Origin: a virus
Length of the DNA: 64,000 nucleotides
IMG/VR virus record: IMGVR_UViG_3300025913_000025
Location: 43,420 to 107,419 of that record
Reading direction: 5' to 3' (one strand)
In this document: positions 1 to 9,669 of the stretch, one piece after another
Layout: each line of letters begins with the position of its first letter
Numbering within the stretch: position 1 is the stretch's first letter
Made by a program: the position numbers and the translations under genes
Notes under the pieces: generated by a model
Seen by the model: the letters and a program-made list of their open reading frames with translations, nothing else
Database searches by the model: none
Told to the model about the DNA's origin: nothing

Positions 1-83
1 GAAAGCGAAGTGAAGGCGACCGAGTCGGCTCAGGTCGATGACTTCGAAGATGAAGATGAGGACGACTGACCGGATCAAACCGG

Positions 84-563
84 TCAGAACAACTCGCCTT
101 GAGTGCGCCGCTCCGATTGCTTCGGGCGGCGTTTCTTTTTGGTCGCTTCCAGACCAGGTCCCGGCATCGACACGGGGACAACATACTCACGCCATGCCTT
201 GCGGAGCCGGTTCCGAAAGATCGCGCCCAGAATCGCCTTTGGCATCTTGTGGAGCTGGAGCTCGACCATTCGGTCGAAGACTTCGACGATCGCCTCGGCG
301 CTCTTGCCTTCGGTGATGACTCGCGTCACCTGCTGGATGTTCTTGAAGATCCAGTAGTCGTCGAGCAGCAGCAGCGAGAGTTCCACGCCGGCCGCATTCG
401 CCGCGGCCTGCCGCGCGCCGCGCGCCAGGTTTATGTTCGCCACGGTCTCCAGCAACGAACAGAGCGTGCCGGTGTACGGCGATTCATCCGTGGCTTCTTT
501 GGCGAGGTAGAGGAAGTCCGGAATCGGACCCTGCGGTTTCCGCCGTGGCCGTTTCTTCGTCAT
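84..563 (-). CDS. Hypothetical protein
   Basis: 159-aa ORF with protein-like composition. Confidence 0.6.
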   Translation of the reverse strand: MTKKRPRRKPQGPIPDFLYLAKEATDESPYTGTLCSLLETVANINLARGARQAAANAAGVELSLLLLDDYWIFKNIQQVTRVITEGKSAEAIVEVFDRMVELQLHKMPKAILGAIFRNRLRKAWREYVVPVSMPGPGLEATKKKRRPKQSERRTQGELF

Positions 564-653
564 TGCGCCCTCGGCAAAAAGAAATCCCCGGGCCGACCGA
601 ACCCTTGGAGAAGAAGAGTTCGGCCAGCCCAGGGGAAAGAATCCGCGTGAAGT

Positions 654-920
654 TCAGTCTGGATCAACATGGTTCCCGTGTAGCATGAAGCAGGTTTGAT
701 CGCCCGGATTCAATTCAAGCGAATGTTCTTCTCCGCGTTCCAACCAGCCCATTTCTTGCTCAGTCACAAATACCTGCGATGCTTCGGTCGTCTTGGCCTT
801 CATCAGCCAGAAGCCGATCGTGCCCCAACGGAAACCGGGGATTCCGACCAAATGCCAAGACTCATCGTCCACGTCGATCATTGCGCCGAAGGTGTACTTT
901 CGGAAGTTTGCGAGACGCAA
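654..920 (-). CDS. Hypothetical protein
   Basis: 88-aa ORF, TTG start preceded by a purine-rich RBS. Confidence 0.55.
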   Translation of the reverse strand: MRLANFRKYTFGAMIDVDDESWHLVGIPGFRWGTIGFWLMKAKTTEASQVFVTEQEMGWLERGEEHSLELNPGDQTCFMLHGNHVDPD

Positions 921-1045
921 CTCTCAACCCCCTCTTGGATTCGACGCAAGCCTATGGAACAATAGGCACATCGGGTTTCGGATCAACGTAAGATAACGAA
1001 GGCCGAATTCGATGGAAATCATAAGCCAGTGAGACGAAGTAGTCA

Positions 1046-2373
1046 ATGGCAACTATCGATCTCATTACCCCCGATACTTTCGCGAGCGGATGGGCGACCG
1101 CCGACGTTGCGCTCAGCGATGCCGATCAGAACTACCTACCGCTTCTTATCACGGCCGCGTCCGAAGGGATTCAGCGCTGGCTCAATCGGTGGATCAACGT
1201 CCGCGACTACATCGAGATCCGGCAGCCGATCCCCGGACAATGGGACAAGCCGGACCCCGATTATATCGGTTTGAGCTGGTTCCCGCTCCGGCCCTCCGCG
1301 CTTAATCCGAGCTTGAGTTGCCGGACCAACCGCTCGTCCGCAGTGTTCATCTCGAACCAGGGGAACACGAACGTTCAGGATGCCTGGTTCTCACTCTACA
1401 CGATCGGCGAGCCGGACTTCGGCCTTCCTACGCCGGCAGGGATCACGGTCTCCTCTGTCTCGAGCGGCATCCAGACCGACAACACGTTCCCCTTCTTTGG
1501 AGTCCCCCTCGCGACCGGGTTTTCAGTGGTCGCCTCTGGTACCGGGGGAACGATCCCGACCGGGACCTATCAGGTCGCCTACTCGAATCTCAACGGTGCC
1601 GGGGAGTCGGTACCGTCTGCGACGAGAAGCGTTGCCGTGACGCTCGGTCAACAACTCATCGCCACGTTCCCGACCCTGATCCTCAGGCGCTCTCGAGGAA
1701 CCTCTACGTTTCGACGACGAACGGCAGTTCGGCGACGATGACGGTCCAGAACTCGGCGCCGATCACCGATACCCGATACGCCGCGAACGCGCTAGTCTCA
1801 GGAGCCGCTCCGCAGACGGCGAACTATGCCACGCTCGGCCAGCTCGCGACCGCGATCAACAACTTGGGCAACGGCTGGACCGCGCAGATCCAGGGACCGA
1901 CCACGACGTTCGGCGAGTGGTCAACCGCCGATGTCTGGGCTTCGTGCGGAACGCAGGTGGGTTGTCTTTCGACTGGATTCACGCAGGGCCTCGATGTGTT
2001 CATGACCCGCATGGTCGGCGTTCAAACCGATGTCGCAGGCGGGGCCGTCTGGTTGCCAAAGGGCGCGACTCAGTATGGATCGGGACCGGGCAACGTGACT
2101 CAATGGCCGGGCAGTTGCGATATCGTGATGGGCGGTTCGAACTGGAACGGACCGGTCTTGCTGAAGTATGCAGCCGGATTCACGACTGTCCCCGCAGCGA
2201 TTCAGGATGCGTGCGTCGAACTCGTGAAGGCCATGTTCGAGCGCAAGGGGACCGACACCACGCTCAAGAGTGAGAACACGGACCGGTACAGGCGCGAAGC
2301 GCTCGAGATGATTCCTTATCTTCCCGGACCGGTGAAGAAGGCGCTTTCGCTCTGGCGATACATCCCTGTCTGA
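1046..2373 (+). CDS. Head-tail connector/adaptor (gp6-like) with inserted Ig/FN3-like segment; split by a -1 frameshift near 1668-1677
   Basis: N-terminal LITAASEGIQRWLNR (ORF 1046..1741) and C-terminal YAAGFTTVPAAIQDACVELVKAMF...LPGPVKKALSLWR (ORF 1318..2373) are the two ends of gp6-like adaptors. Confidence 0.75.
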
Positions 2374-2385
2374 GAAGAGGGTCCG

Positions 2386-5300
2386 ATGTCGACGCCGACA
2401 ATTTGGCAAAGCCCGATCAATGGTGCGCAGGCCGCGCTCGCCGCGAAGTATACGGTCGGGCTCGGATCAATGGTGATCACGAAGGGATACGGCGACGTGA
2501 TCCGGCAGAAGCTCCTCGATCTGGGCTTGCCGTCGATCTCGCCGTCAGCGCCGCTCGCGTACACGATCACGTCGAAGACTCAGCCCTCGACGCTTGCGAC
2601 CTACGAAGCGATCTATCAGGCAACTGGACTCACTGATGATACTCTGAGCGGAGTCAGCACGATCGAGGGTTCGATCGACCAGGCGTTCTCGATCGGCAGC
2701 AAGTTCGCGGTGAATCTGACTGCCGGCCAGATCGCGTTGATACAGACAGCGATCAACGCCGTCGAGACAGGCAAAGCGCCCCTCATCGCGCCCACGTTCA
2801 CTGGCCAGGTTTCTGTTCAAGCGCCGACCGCGTCGACCCTCCTTCAGAGGTGGTTGGACAGCAACGGTTCCATGGTCGCCACGATTGACAACGCCGGGTC
2901 CAATCTCGGAACGGCAGAACTCACGATCCTCGGTATCGCCAACGCCGGGATTCAGGACCTGGGTGGCCAGGTCGTCAACGTCAAGAATCCCGCCTATGGC
3001 TGCACTGGCAATGGCACGACGGATGACGCGCCCGCGCTCCGGCTGGCAATCACCAAAGCGGCGGCAATCGGCGGGACCGTGTTTTTCCCGAATGGAACGT
3101 TTCTGCTCAAGAGCCAGATCACGATTCCCAGTAACGTGACATTTCAAGGCGCCGGTCCCGGCAGCGTGATTCAGGGCGATGGGACATTTCAGGTCCTATT
3201 CGACGTCACCGCAGTCAGTAACGTCCAGTTCGTTTCGCTGAAACTGAACGGCGGAGCCAGCGTCGGCATTTACATCGATACCTCGTCACACATCAGCGTA
3301 ACGAATTGCGAGATCGATAACTTCACCCGCGTTCGCGACACGCTCTACACGTCGGGAATCCTGCTCAACGCGGCAAGCAACGTCCTGATTCGCGGCAATA
3401 AATTCTCGGGATGCGGGTACAACGCCGGACCGGGAACGGCCGCGAACGGGACCATCGTTTTCAAGGACAACGCAACGACTGACTGCACGAACGTCACGGT
3501 TTCCGAGAACGCGATTTTCAACGCCGGACTCTTCGCGATTTGCGGATTCGATATCTCGGAATGCAAGATTCTCGATAACTATATAGATCAAGGAAACATC
3601 GGCAATACAGACTACAATAACGGATATGGCATCCTTGCATACGACGCGCAACACGCATTGCCGGGTCGGAACTTCGTCAAGAACAACCTGATCCGAGGCA
3701 ACTTCGTCACTACCTGTTATGGGACCGGGATTTACTGCGTCGTCGGAATCGACAACACGATCGCGCACAACATCGTTGTCAACAGCGCTCTGACGATGGA
3801 TTCGTCCAGCCTGCGGCAAGGCGGAATCGTCGCCAATGAGTCCGTGCGGACCATCATCGACGGCAACCACGCGATCAACATCGGCGGCGCCCAGCTCAAT
3901 CTCGTGTCGGGGATCGCGAGCCTCGTGGGCACGGGTGACATGGTGACGAATAACACGATCGATAATGTTCCCACATCTGGAGGCGACGGATTCTATTGCG
4001 GGGGCACCGGCGAGGTAGTCACCATTACGGTCGGCGGCACGGTGGCCGATAACACAATCACAAATTGCGGTCAACATGGCTTGCATTTTGATATCACTCC
4101 CGACAAGACCGGGCTCATCATCGAAGGGAACAGCGTCACGTCGGTCGCTGGAGTCGGGATGCGATGCGGCCAGTTGATCCGATGCCTGATCAAAGGGAAC
4201 TCGATCACCGACTTTGGCGACGGCCAACAAGGGTTTCTGAGTGCCGGCACAGGCAGCGGCACCAATCGATGTGTGTTCGAGGGTAACATCGTCGTCACGA
4301 CCGTCTCGAATTCTGGCCGGGCGTTCTCGTTCGCGAACGCGCGAAACCAGTTTATCAACAACGTGGTCATCGGCGCGGGGATCCTTGCGACCGGGTTCTA
4401 CGACACCACCAACCTGTCCTCTGAGCCGAACATCTATTCCGGGAACCGGTGCATTGTCGGGGTGACGAATCCGTTCAGTTTTCTCGGTCAGGTGAGCTGC
4501 CTGAACGGAAACTACAACACGGGGGCCGGCGCGCCGGTCACGACTCCGTTCATTCTCGGCGAGGATTACTACGACTCCACCAACGAAGTCTGGTACACGT
4601 CCAAGGGCACGTCCTCAGCGGCGGACTGGGTTGCTTACGTTTCGGCGATCGCGCCCACGCTCACCGGGCAGGTCATCGTGCAGGCCGCGGCGGCATCGAC
4701 CTTGCTCCAGCAATGGAACGACAATGCTGGAAACCCGATTGCGGCGATCAATAATTCCGGCGCGGTCGGAGTCGGCACCGCACAGCTCGGCATCGGCACC
4801 GCGAACCCCTTGCGTCCGCTTCATATCATGGCGGCGGACATCGGCGCGGGAACGTACATCGCGCTCGACAACACCGATACGACCCACAATAACAACGGAT
4901 CGATTATCGCGTGGACAACGACCACAACCGGCGTTGGAGGAGCCGCGTTTAAAGGCTATGCGTCAATCACGGGAAAGATCCTCACGCACGATCAACCGAC
5001 GCTGGCCAGCACTCTTACCTATCTCACGGCGAACGGTTCCGGTGCATTCAATACATACTTGATGGACCAGTTCGGCGCTTTCACGATTCCGGGGAACGTC
5101 TACGCGACGGTGCGCGACAATGGAGGCGCCGATTTCGACGTTAAGCATCCCACCTACGGATGCAAATGCGATGCGATGAGCGCCATTGCAACGGGCATCA
5201 CGCTCAACTCACCTACGATCACGATGACCGTGCCGACCTCGGGAGATGTCGGCACGGCAATCTCGGTTCCCGGCGCGGGCACTGCGGGCGCTACGCTGGC

Positions 5301-7362
5301 GACGACGATAAGTGCTGTAAATGGCACCCTGATTACGCTCGCGAGTCCCATCGTTACGACCGTCAGGACCGCGATCATTACCTACGGCGCCAGCTCTTTG
5401 ACAGCCGTGGCAACCAATGTAGTGGCCGGATCGACTCTGAGCGTGGTGGTGCCAACTTCGGCCGACGCCGGCAAGACGATTTCGATTCCCGGCGCTGGCA
5501 CGGCGGGCGCCGCACTGGTCACCACGATCAGCACTGTATCGGGCACCACGATCACGCTTGCCGCGAATTGCCTTGCGACCATCGCCTCGGCCACTGCGCT
5601 GTACGGCACCGACGACACGACGCACTTCCGCAACGCGATCACGGCGGCGGCGGCGGTAAGCGGAACCGTGCTCGTGCCAACCGGCAACATGCTCATCGCG
5701 TCTCTGATCACCTTGCCGTCCAACATCGCGGTCATGGGCACCGGGCCGGGATCAATGATCACGGGAACCAGCGGACTCGAGGTGCTGATCTCGCTGAACG
5801 GCTCGACAGGCGTACGGATACGCAACCTCACGCTCAACGGCGGTGCCAGCGTGGGAATCTTCGCGACGGCGTGCAGCAACTTCCTGATCGATAACTGCGT
5901 CATCAATAATTTCAACCGCGTCCGCGATACGCTCTATACCTCGGGAATCCTGCTCAACGCAGCAACGATCGGCTGGATCCAGAAGTGCCAGTTCGCGAAC
6001 AATGGCTACGGCGGCGCTGGCGCGATCACCAATGGCGCGATCGTCTTCAAGGACAACCCGACGACCGATTGCACATTCATCAATGTAGTGTTCAATGAAA
6101 TCGTCGGAGCGGGCCTCTACGGAATCTGCGGCTTCGACGTGTCCGACTGCAAGTTCATTTCAAACACGATCAATCAGGGCAACGTTGGGACCACCGACTA
6201 CAACAACGGTTACGGAATCCTGGTCTACGACGCGCAGCACGCTTCAGGACGCAATTATGTGTTTCGGAACGTCGTCGCGTTCAACAACGTCTCGAACTGC
6301 TACGGGACGGGCATCTATCTCGTCGTCGGTATCGACAACATCATCGCCCACAACATCGTGAAGAGCGTCGCCTTGACGATGGATTCGTCGAGCCTGCGGC
6401 AAGGCGGAATCATCGCCAACGAATCCGTCAATACGATTATCGATGCGAATGAAGTCGATACCGTGGGCGGCGCACAGGTTAACCAGGTTGCCGGGATCGC
6501 GTCACTGATCGGCACGAATGACGAGATCACCAATAACCGGATCGCAAACGTCACGGCAACAGCCGGAGACGGAATCAACGTGGGCGGATCGGGTGAAGTC
6601 GTCACGTCCACCGTGGGCGGCAGGTACAGCGGAAACTCGATCAAGACCGTTGGCCGATACGGAATGAACTTCGACACGTCCACGGCTAAGGTCGATCTCG
6701 TCGTCGAATCAAACTACGTGCAGAGTTGCGGCTCGATCGGCTACTTTATCAACAACGTTCAATACAGTCAGTTCAACCACAACAAGGTACGTGACTTCGG
6801 TGCTGGGTCTCAGGGCTTCTTGATCGGGTCGTCCTCCTCGACGACCAACGTCTCGCTAAACGGCTGCGAGGCCGAGATTACGAGCACGAACTCGGGACGT
6901 GGGTTTCAGATCGCAACCGGTCCCAACACGGTCAATAGTTGCGTTGCGTCCGGCATCGGCGCGGCGCTCAGCGTGGGCTTCCTCGACCAATCGAACACGA
7001 CACCGCCTGTCGTTTGGACGGGCTATAGCTACACGCGCGGAACGGTCACGACGCCGTTCAGTCGATCCGGTCAGCAATCATGCCTAGACAGCATGTACAA
7101 TTCGGGCGCCGGCGCGCCCGCGACCACTCCCAGAGTCGTCGGCGAGAAGTATCTCGACACAACCAATAAGCAATTCTACATTGCCGTTGGCACGAGCGCC
7201 GCGACGGACTGGGCACCGTCCGACACTCCGCTTCTCACGGGTACCGCGGCTCCGGCAACGACGCCGTTCCGGCTCAACCTGATGTTTCTCGACACGACCA
7301 ACAAGAAGGCCTACGTGTCCATGGGAGTGGCCTCGTCGGCAGACTGGGTGTTACTCAATTGA
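2386..7362 (+). CDS. Large virion fibre/spike with two pectate-lyase-like right-handed beta-helix domains (putative depolymerase)
   Basis: VVNVKNPAYGCTGNGTTDDAPAL...GGTVFFPNGTF pectate_lyase_3 start, N/I/G-rich PbH1-like repeats, whole domain present twice. Confidence 0.85.
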   Translation: MSTPTIWQSPINGAQAALAAKYTVGLGSMVITKGYGDVIRQKLLDLGLPSISPSAPLAYTITSKTQPSTLATYEAIYQATGLTDDTLSGVSTIEGSIDQAFSIGSKFAVNLTAGQIALIQTAINAVETGKAPLIAPTFTGQVSVQAPTASTLLQRWLDSNGSMVATIDNAGSNLGTAELTILGIANAGIQDLGGQVVNVKNPAYGCTGNGTTDDAPALRLAITKAAAIGGTVFFPNGTFLLKSQITIPSNVTFQGAGPGSVIQGDGTFQVLFDVTAVSNVQFVSLKLNGGASVGIYIDTSSHISVTNCEIDNFTRVRDTLYTSGILLNAASNVLIRGNKFSGCGYNAGPGTAANGTIVFKDNATTDCTNVTVSENAIFNAGLFAICGFDISECKILDNYIDQGNIGNTDYNNGYGILAYDAQHALPGRNFVKNNLIRGNFVTTCYGTGIYCVVGIDNTIAHNIVVNSALTMDSSSLRQGGIVANESVRTIIDGNHAINIGGAQLNLVSGIASLVGTGDMVTNNTIDNVPTSGGDGFYCGGTGEVVTITVGGTVADNTITNCGQHGLHFDITPDKTGLIIEGNSVTSVAGVGMRCGQLIRCLIKGNSITDFGDGQQGFLSAGTGSGTNRCVFEGNIVVTTVSNSGRAFSFANARNQFINNVVIGAGILATGFYDTTNLSSEPNIYSGNRCIVGVTNPFSFLGQVSCLNGNYNTGAGAPVTTPFILGEDYYDSTNEVWYTSKGTSSAADWVAYVSAIAPTLTGQVIVQAAAASTLLQQWNDNAGNPIAAINNSGAVGVGTAQLGIGTANPLRPLHIMAADIGAGTYIALDNTDTTHNNNGSIIAWTTTTTGVGGAAFKGYASITGKILTHDQPTLASTLTYLTANGSGAFNTYLMDQFGAFTIPGNVYATVRDNGGADFDVKHPTYGCKCDAMSAIATGITLNSPTITMTVPTSGDVGTAISVPGAGTAGATLATTISAVNGTLITLASPIVTTVRTAIITYGASSLTAVATNVVAGSTLSVVVPTSADAGKTISIPGAGTAGAALVTTISTVSGTTITLAANCLATIASATALYGTDDTTHFRNAITAAAAVSGTVLVPTGNMLIASLITLPSNIAVMGTGPGSMITGTSGLEVLISLNGSTGVRIRNLTLNGGASVGIFATACSNFLIDNCVINNFNRVRDTLYTSGILLNAATIGWIQKCQFANNGYGGAGAITNGAIVFKDNPTTDCTFINVVFNEIVGAGLYGICGFDVSDCKFISNTINQGNVGTTDYNNGYGILVYDAQHASGRNYVFRNVVAFNNVSNCYGTGIYLVVGIDNIIAHNIVKSVALTMDSSSLRQGGIIANESVNTIIDANEVDTVGGAQVNQVAGIASLIGTNDEITNNRIANVTATAGDGINVGGSGEVVTSTVGGRYSGNSIKTVGRYGMNFDTSTAKVDLVVESNYVQSCGSIGYFINNVQYSQFNHNKVRDFGAGSQGFLIGSSSSTTNVSLNGCEAEITSTNSGRGFQIATGPNTVNSCVASGIGAALSVGFLDQSNTTPPVVWTGYSYTRGTVTTPFSRSGQQSCLDSMYNSGAGAPATTPRVVGEKYLDTTNKQFYIAVGTSAATDWAPSDTPLLTGTAAPATTPFRLNLMFLDTTNKKAYVSMGVASSADWVLLN

Positions 7363-7790
7363 GCTACGGCGATCCCTACAACACGACGGTCTACAACGCG
7401 CCGCAGCCGGGATCGACGCTCACCCCGAGCGGTCGGTATGGCTATGGTCCGAGCCGGTACATCTATCGGAACCAGGTCGATCTCTACGCCCGGATTGCGG
7501 CGAAGGATCGCGAGAAGGCGACGATCGGTGCGCTCTACGAACTGGTGGCGTCTTCCGTGCCATGCTCGGTCCAGCCCGGGGATATCATGACCAGGTACAC
7601 CCCCGATGAAAAGATCGAGCAGTTCATCCCCTACGAGATTTACTTCCGGACGAACCCGGCGCAGGGTCAATACAACATGGTCAACTGGATCGACGACTCG
7701 GGCGCTTCTCACGATATCGCCGTGATCGGTACGCGATCGTTGGCAGGCCGCGGCAACGTCTGGGCGATCACGGGAGAGGAGCGGATCTGA
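7359..7790 (+). CDS. Putative head-closure/head-tail joining protein
   Basis: Size, position after the adaptor, beta-rich C-terminus ending ITGEERI. Confidence 0.55.
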   Translation: MSYGDPYNTTVYNAPQPGSTLTPSGRYGYGPSRYIYRNQVDLYARIAAKDREKATIGALYELVASSVPCSVQPGDIMTRYTPDEKIEQFIPYEIYFRTNPAQGQYNMVNWIDDSGASHDIAVIGTRSLAGRGNVWAITGEERI

Positions 7791-8368
7791 TGTCGACTGC
7801 CGGACCTAATGGAGTCGGATCGGTCGGAACGAGTAATGTGATCGGAACGATCGATTGGACCGGCGCACTCAATGTTTTCGCACCAGACGGAGTCTATGCG
7901 ACGGCAGTTCTGAATTCGAGCGAGGTGAGTTACTACCTGCATGGGGCCTCGTTTGGTTTCTCGATTCCTCCGGGCGCGACGATCAACGGGATACAACTGG
8001 ACATTCTTTGCCAGGGAACAGGTACCGCACTCATTCAGGATCACTCAATTCGCCTTTATCAAGGCGGAGTTCTCACGGGAACCGATAAGGCCGTGGGGAC
8101 CACATGGCCAGTTTTTGGGGCCGAGGCATACAGGTCCTACGGAGGACCGGCCGATCTGTGGGGTGCATCATGGGGACCTTCGGACATAAACGACGTAACT
8201 TTTGGCGCGGCGATTTGCGCGATCAACAATGCGCCATCGGGCGGAATAGCTTATGTCGATTACTTTCGAATAACTGTCACATTCACGAGCACGAACCAGG
8301 TCTCTCAGCAAGTGACCGTTGCAAGACCTCCTCAAGCCGCTTATGATTGGACGCAGAAGCCCGACTAA
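7790..8368 (+). CDS. Putative virion structural protein
   Basis: FGFSIPPGATINGI...YGGPADLWG..W...DIN...FG motif recurrent in phage structural proteins; translationally coupled. Confidence 0.65.
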   Translation: MSTAGPNGVGSVGTSNVIGTIDWTGALNVFAPDGVYATAVLNSSEVSYYLHGASFGFSIPPGATINGIQLDILCQGTGTALIQDHSIRLYQGGVLTGTDKAVGTTWPVFGAEAYRSYGGPADLWGASWGPSDINDVTFGAAICAINNAPSGGIAYVDYFRITVTFTSTNQVSQQVTVARPPQAAYDWTQKPD

Positions 8369-8427
8369 TCTTACGGCGAACCGCGAGAGCGGAACGTCTT
8401 TACCTGATAAGAGTTGAGGTTGCCCTC

Positions 8428-8895
8428 ATGGCCAGACTTCTCGGATCCTGCTTTGTGGCTCCCACGTCGGTTGTGGGAGGCACTCCGCAAACCCTCATTC
8501 AGATGGTCGCGCCGACGAACCAGCGCGGGGCCGTTTATCAGTTCGCGTGGTCGTTCGACGGCACGAACTCGGCCAATACCCCGGGTACCCAGATCATCTT
8601 GCGCCAGACGACGGCCGGCACGGCGACCAACACGGCTGTTGCTCCCAAGAAGATCAACGATCCCAGTGGCGTCGGCGAGACGCTTCAATTCACCTATCAG
8701 ACGGCCTATACCGTCGAGCCGACCGCGAGCGACGTGATGATGGAATTCACGCAACCGGTCTTCGGCGGCCTTCTGAGCCAGGCGTTCGCGCCCTGGAGCT
8801 CGGAAATCATGATCCCGGGCGGCACGCGGCTCGGCTTCAAGTCGTCGTGCGCGCAGACGGTCAACGCGGGTCTGACGGTCTGGTACGAAGAGTGA
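8428..8895 (+). CDS. Putative virion structural protein
   Basis: GAGG RBS before ATG 8428, T/S/G-rich beta protein ending WYEE. Confidence 0.6.
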   Translation: MARLLGSCFVAPTSVVGGTPQTLIQMVAPTNQRGAVYQFAWSFDGTNSANTPGTQIILRQTTAGTATNTAVAPKKINDPSGVGETLQFTYQTAYTVEPTASDVMMEFTQPVFGGLLSQAFAPWSSEIMIPGGTRLGFKSSCAQTVNAGLTVWYEE

Positions 8896-8971
8896 TCGAT
8901 CCGGCCATTGGGCTTCCAGGTGGGCGCGCTGGGTTCCGGTGCGCCTGCCTTGCACTCAGGGAGAGAACGCC

Positions 8972-9154
8972 ATGGCGGACGAAAACGAAAAGGTCGAGGC
9001 GCCCGAGCCGAAGCACGAAGATACGCCGCTCGGGTTCAAGCGCGAAGAGATCCGATGCGGGAACTGTGGCCAGCCGGCCACGCTCTTGACGCCGCTCAAT
9101 CCCAAGGATGGGCAGGTCGAGCGCGTGCTCCCGCATTACGGTTGCCGCGATTAG
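8972..9154 (+). CDS. Small hypothetical protein with CxxC
   Basis: GGAG RBS, CGNC...HYGC. Confidence 0.5.
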   Translation: MADENEKVEAPEPKHEDTPLGFKREEIRCGNCGQPATLLTPLNPKDGQVERVLPHYGCRD

Positions 9155-9618
9155 GCATTAGCCGCGACGTGTGGCTTGCGGAAATAGTCCTCGAGCGCGA
9201 TCACGGCACGGCGGATCAGGTCCCGTTGCTCGGCGCTGATGTCGAGCACAAGCCCTGCATAGTGATCGACGTTGTAGCGGTCGTCGAGGCTGACGCCGAG
9301 CCGACGAATCCGGGTCTGGCAATCGTTGATGAGATGAAAGTAGATTGTGCGGATGATTCGCGCGTGCATGTGCAAGGATTTGGGAAGGAAGAACTTGGCA
9401 TCGTAGATGAAGGGTCCGTTCAGGTTCACGCGGATCTTGTCCTCGTGGGGAACCATGTAGACGAACATGACGCCCCCGGGATGAAACTGGCGATCGAGAG
9501 CAAAGAGCTTCTCCAAGAATCCTTCGCCAGCCGGTTGATTCGCTAGATCAAGTGCGGCACTGGCGATCCCCATGAAGAGGTGGCGTGACGGCTCGTGATA
9601 CCTGATTGACGTTCCCAT
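9151..9618 (-). CDS. Hypothetical protein, opposite strand within the morphogenesis module
   Basis: AGGAGG RBS upstream of ATG at 9618; part of ORF 9151..9894. Confidence 0.55.
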   Translation of the reverse strand: MGTSIRYHEPSRHLFMGIASAALDLANQPAGEGFLEKLFALDRQFHPGGVMFVYMVPHEDKIRVNLNGPFIYDAKFFLPKSLHMHARIIRTIYFHLINDCQTRIRRLGVSLDDRYNVDHYAGLVLDISAEQRDLIRRAVIALEDYFRKPHVAANA

Positions 9619-9669
9619 CCGCGTTCCCCCTCCTGAAAGAAAGATCGACATCATCGCGATCAACCACCC

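Noticed and set aside
937-945. GGATTCGAC resembling the tmRNA 5' motif
   Set aside because: No GGGG 5' acceptor stem, tag ORF or T-arm/CCA end nearby
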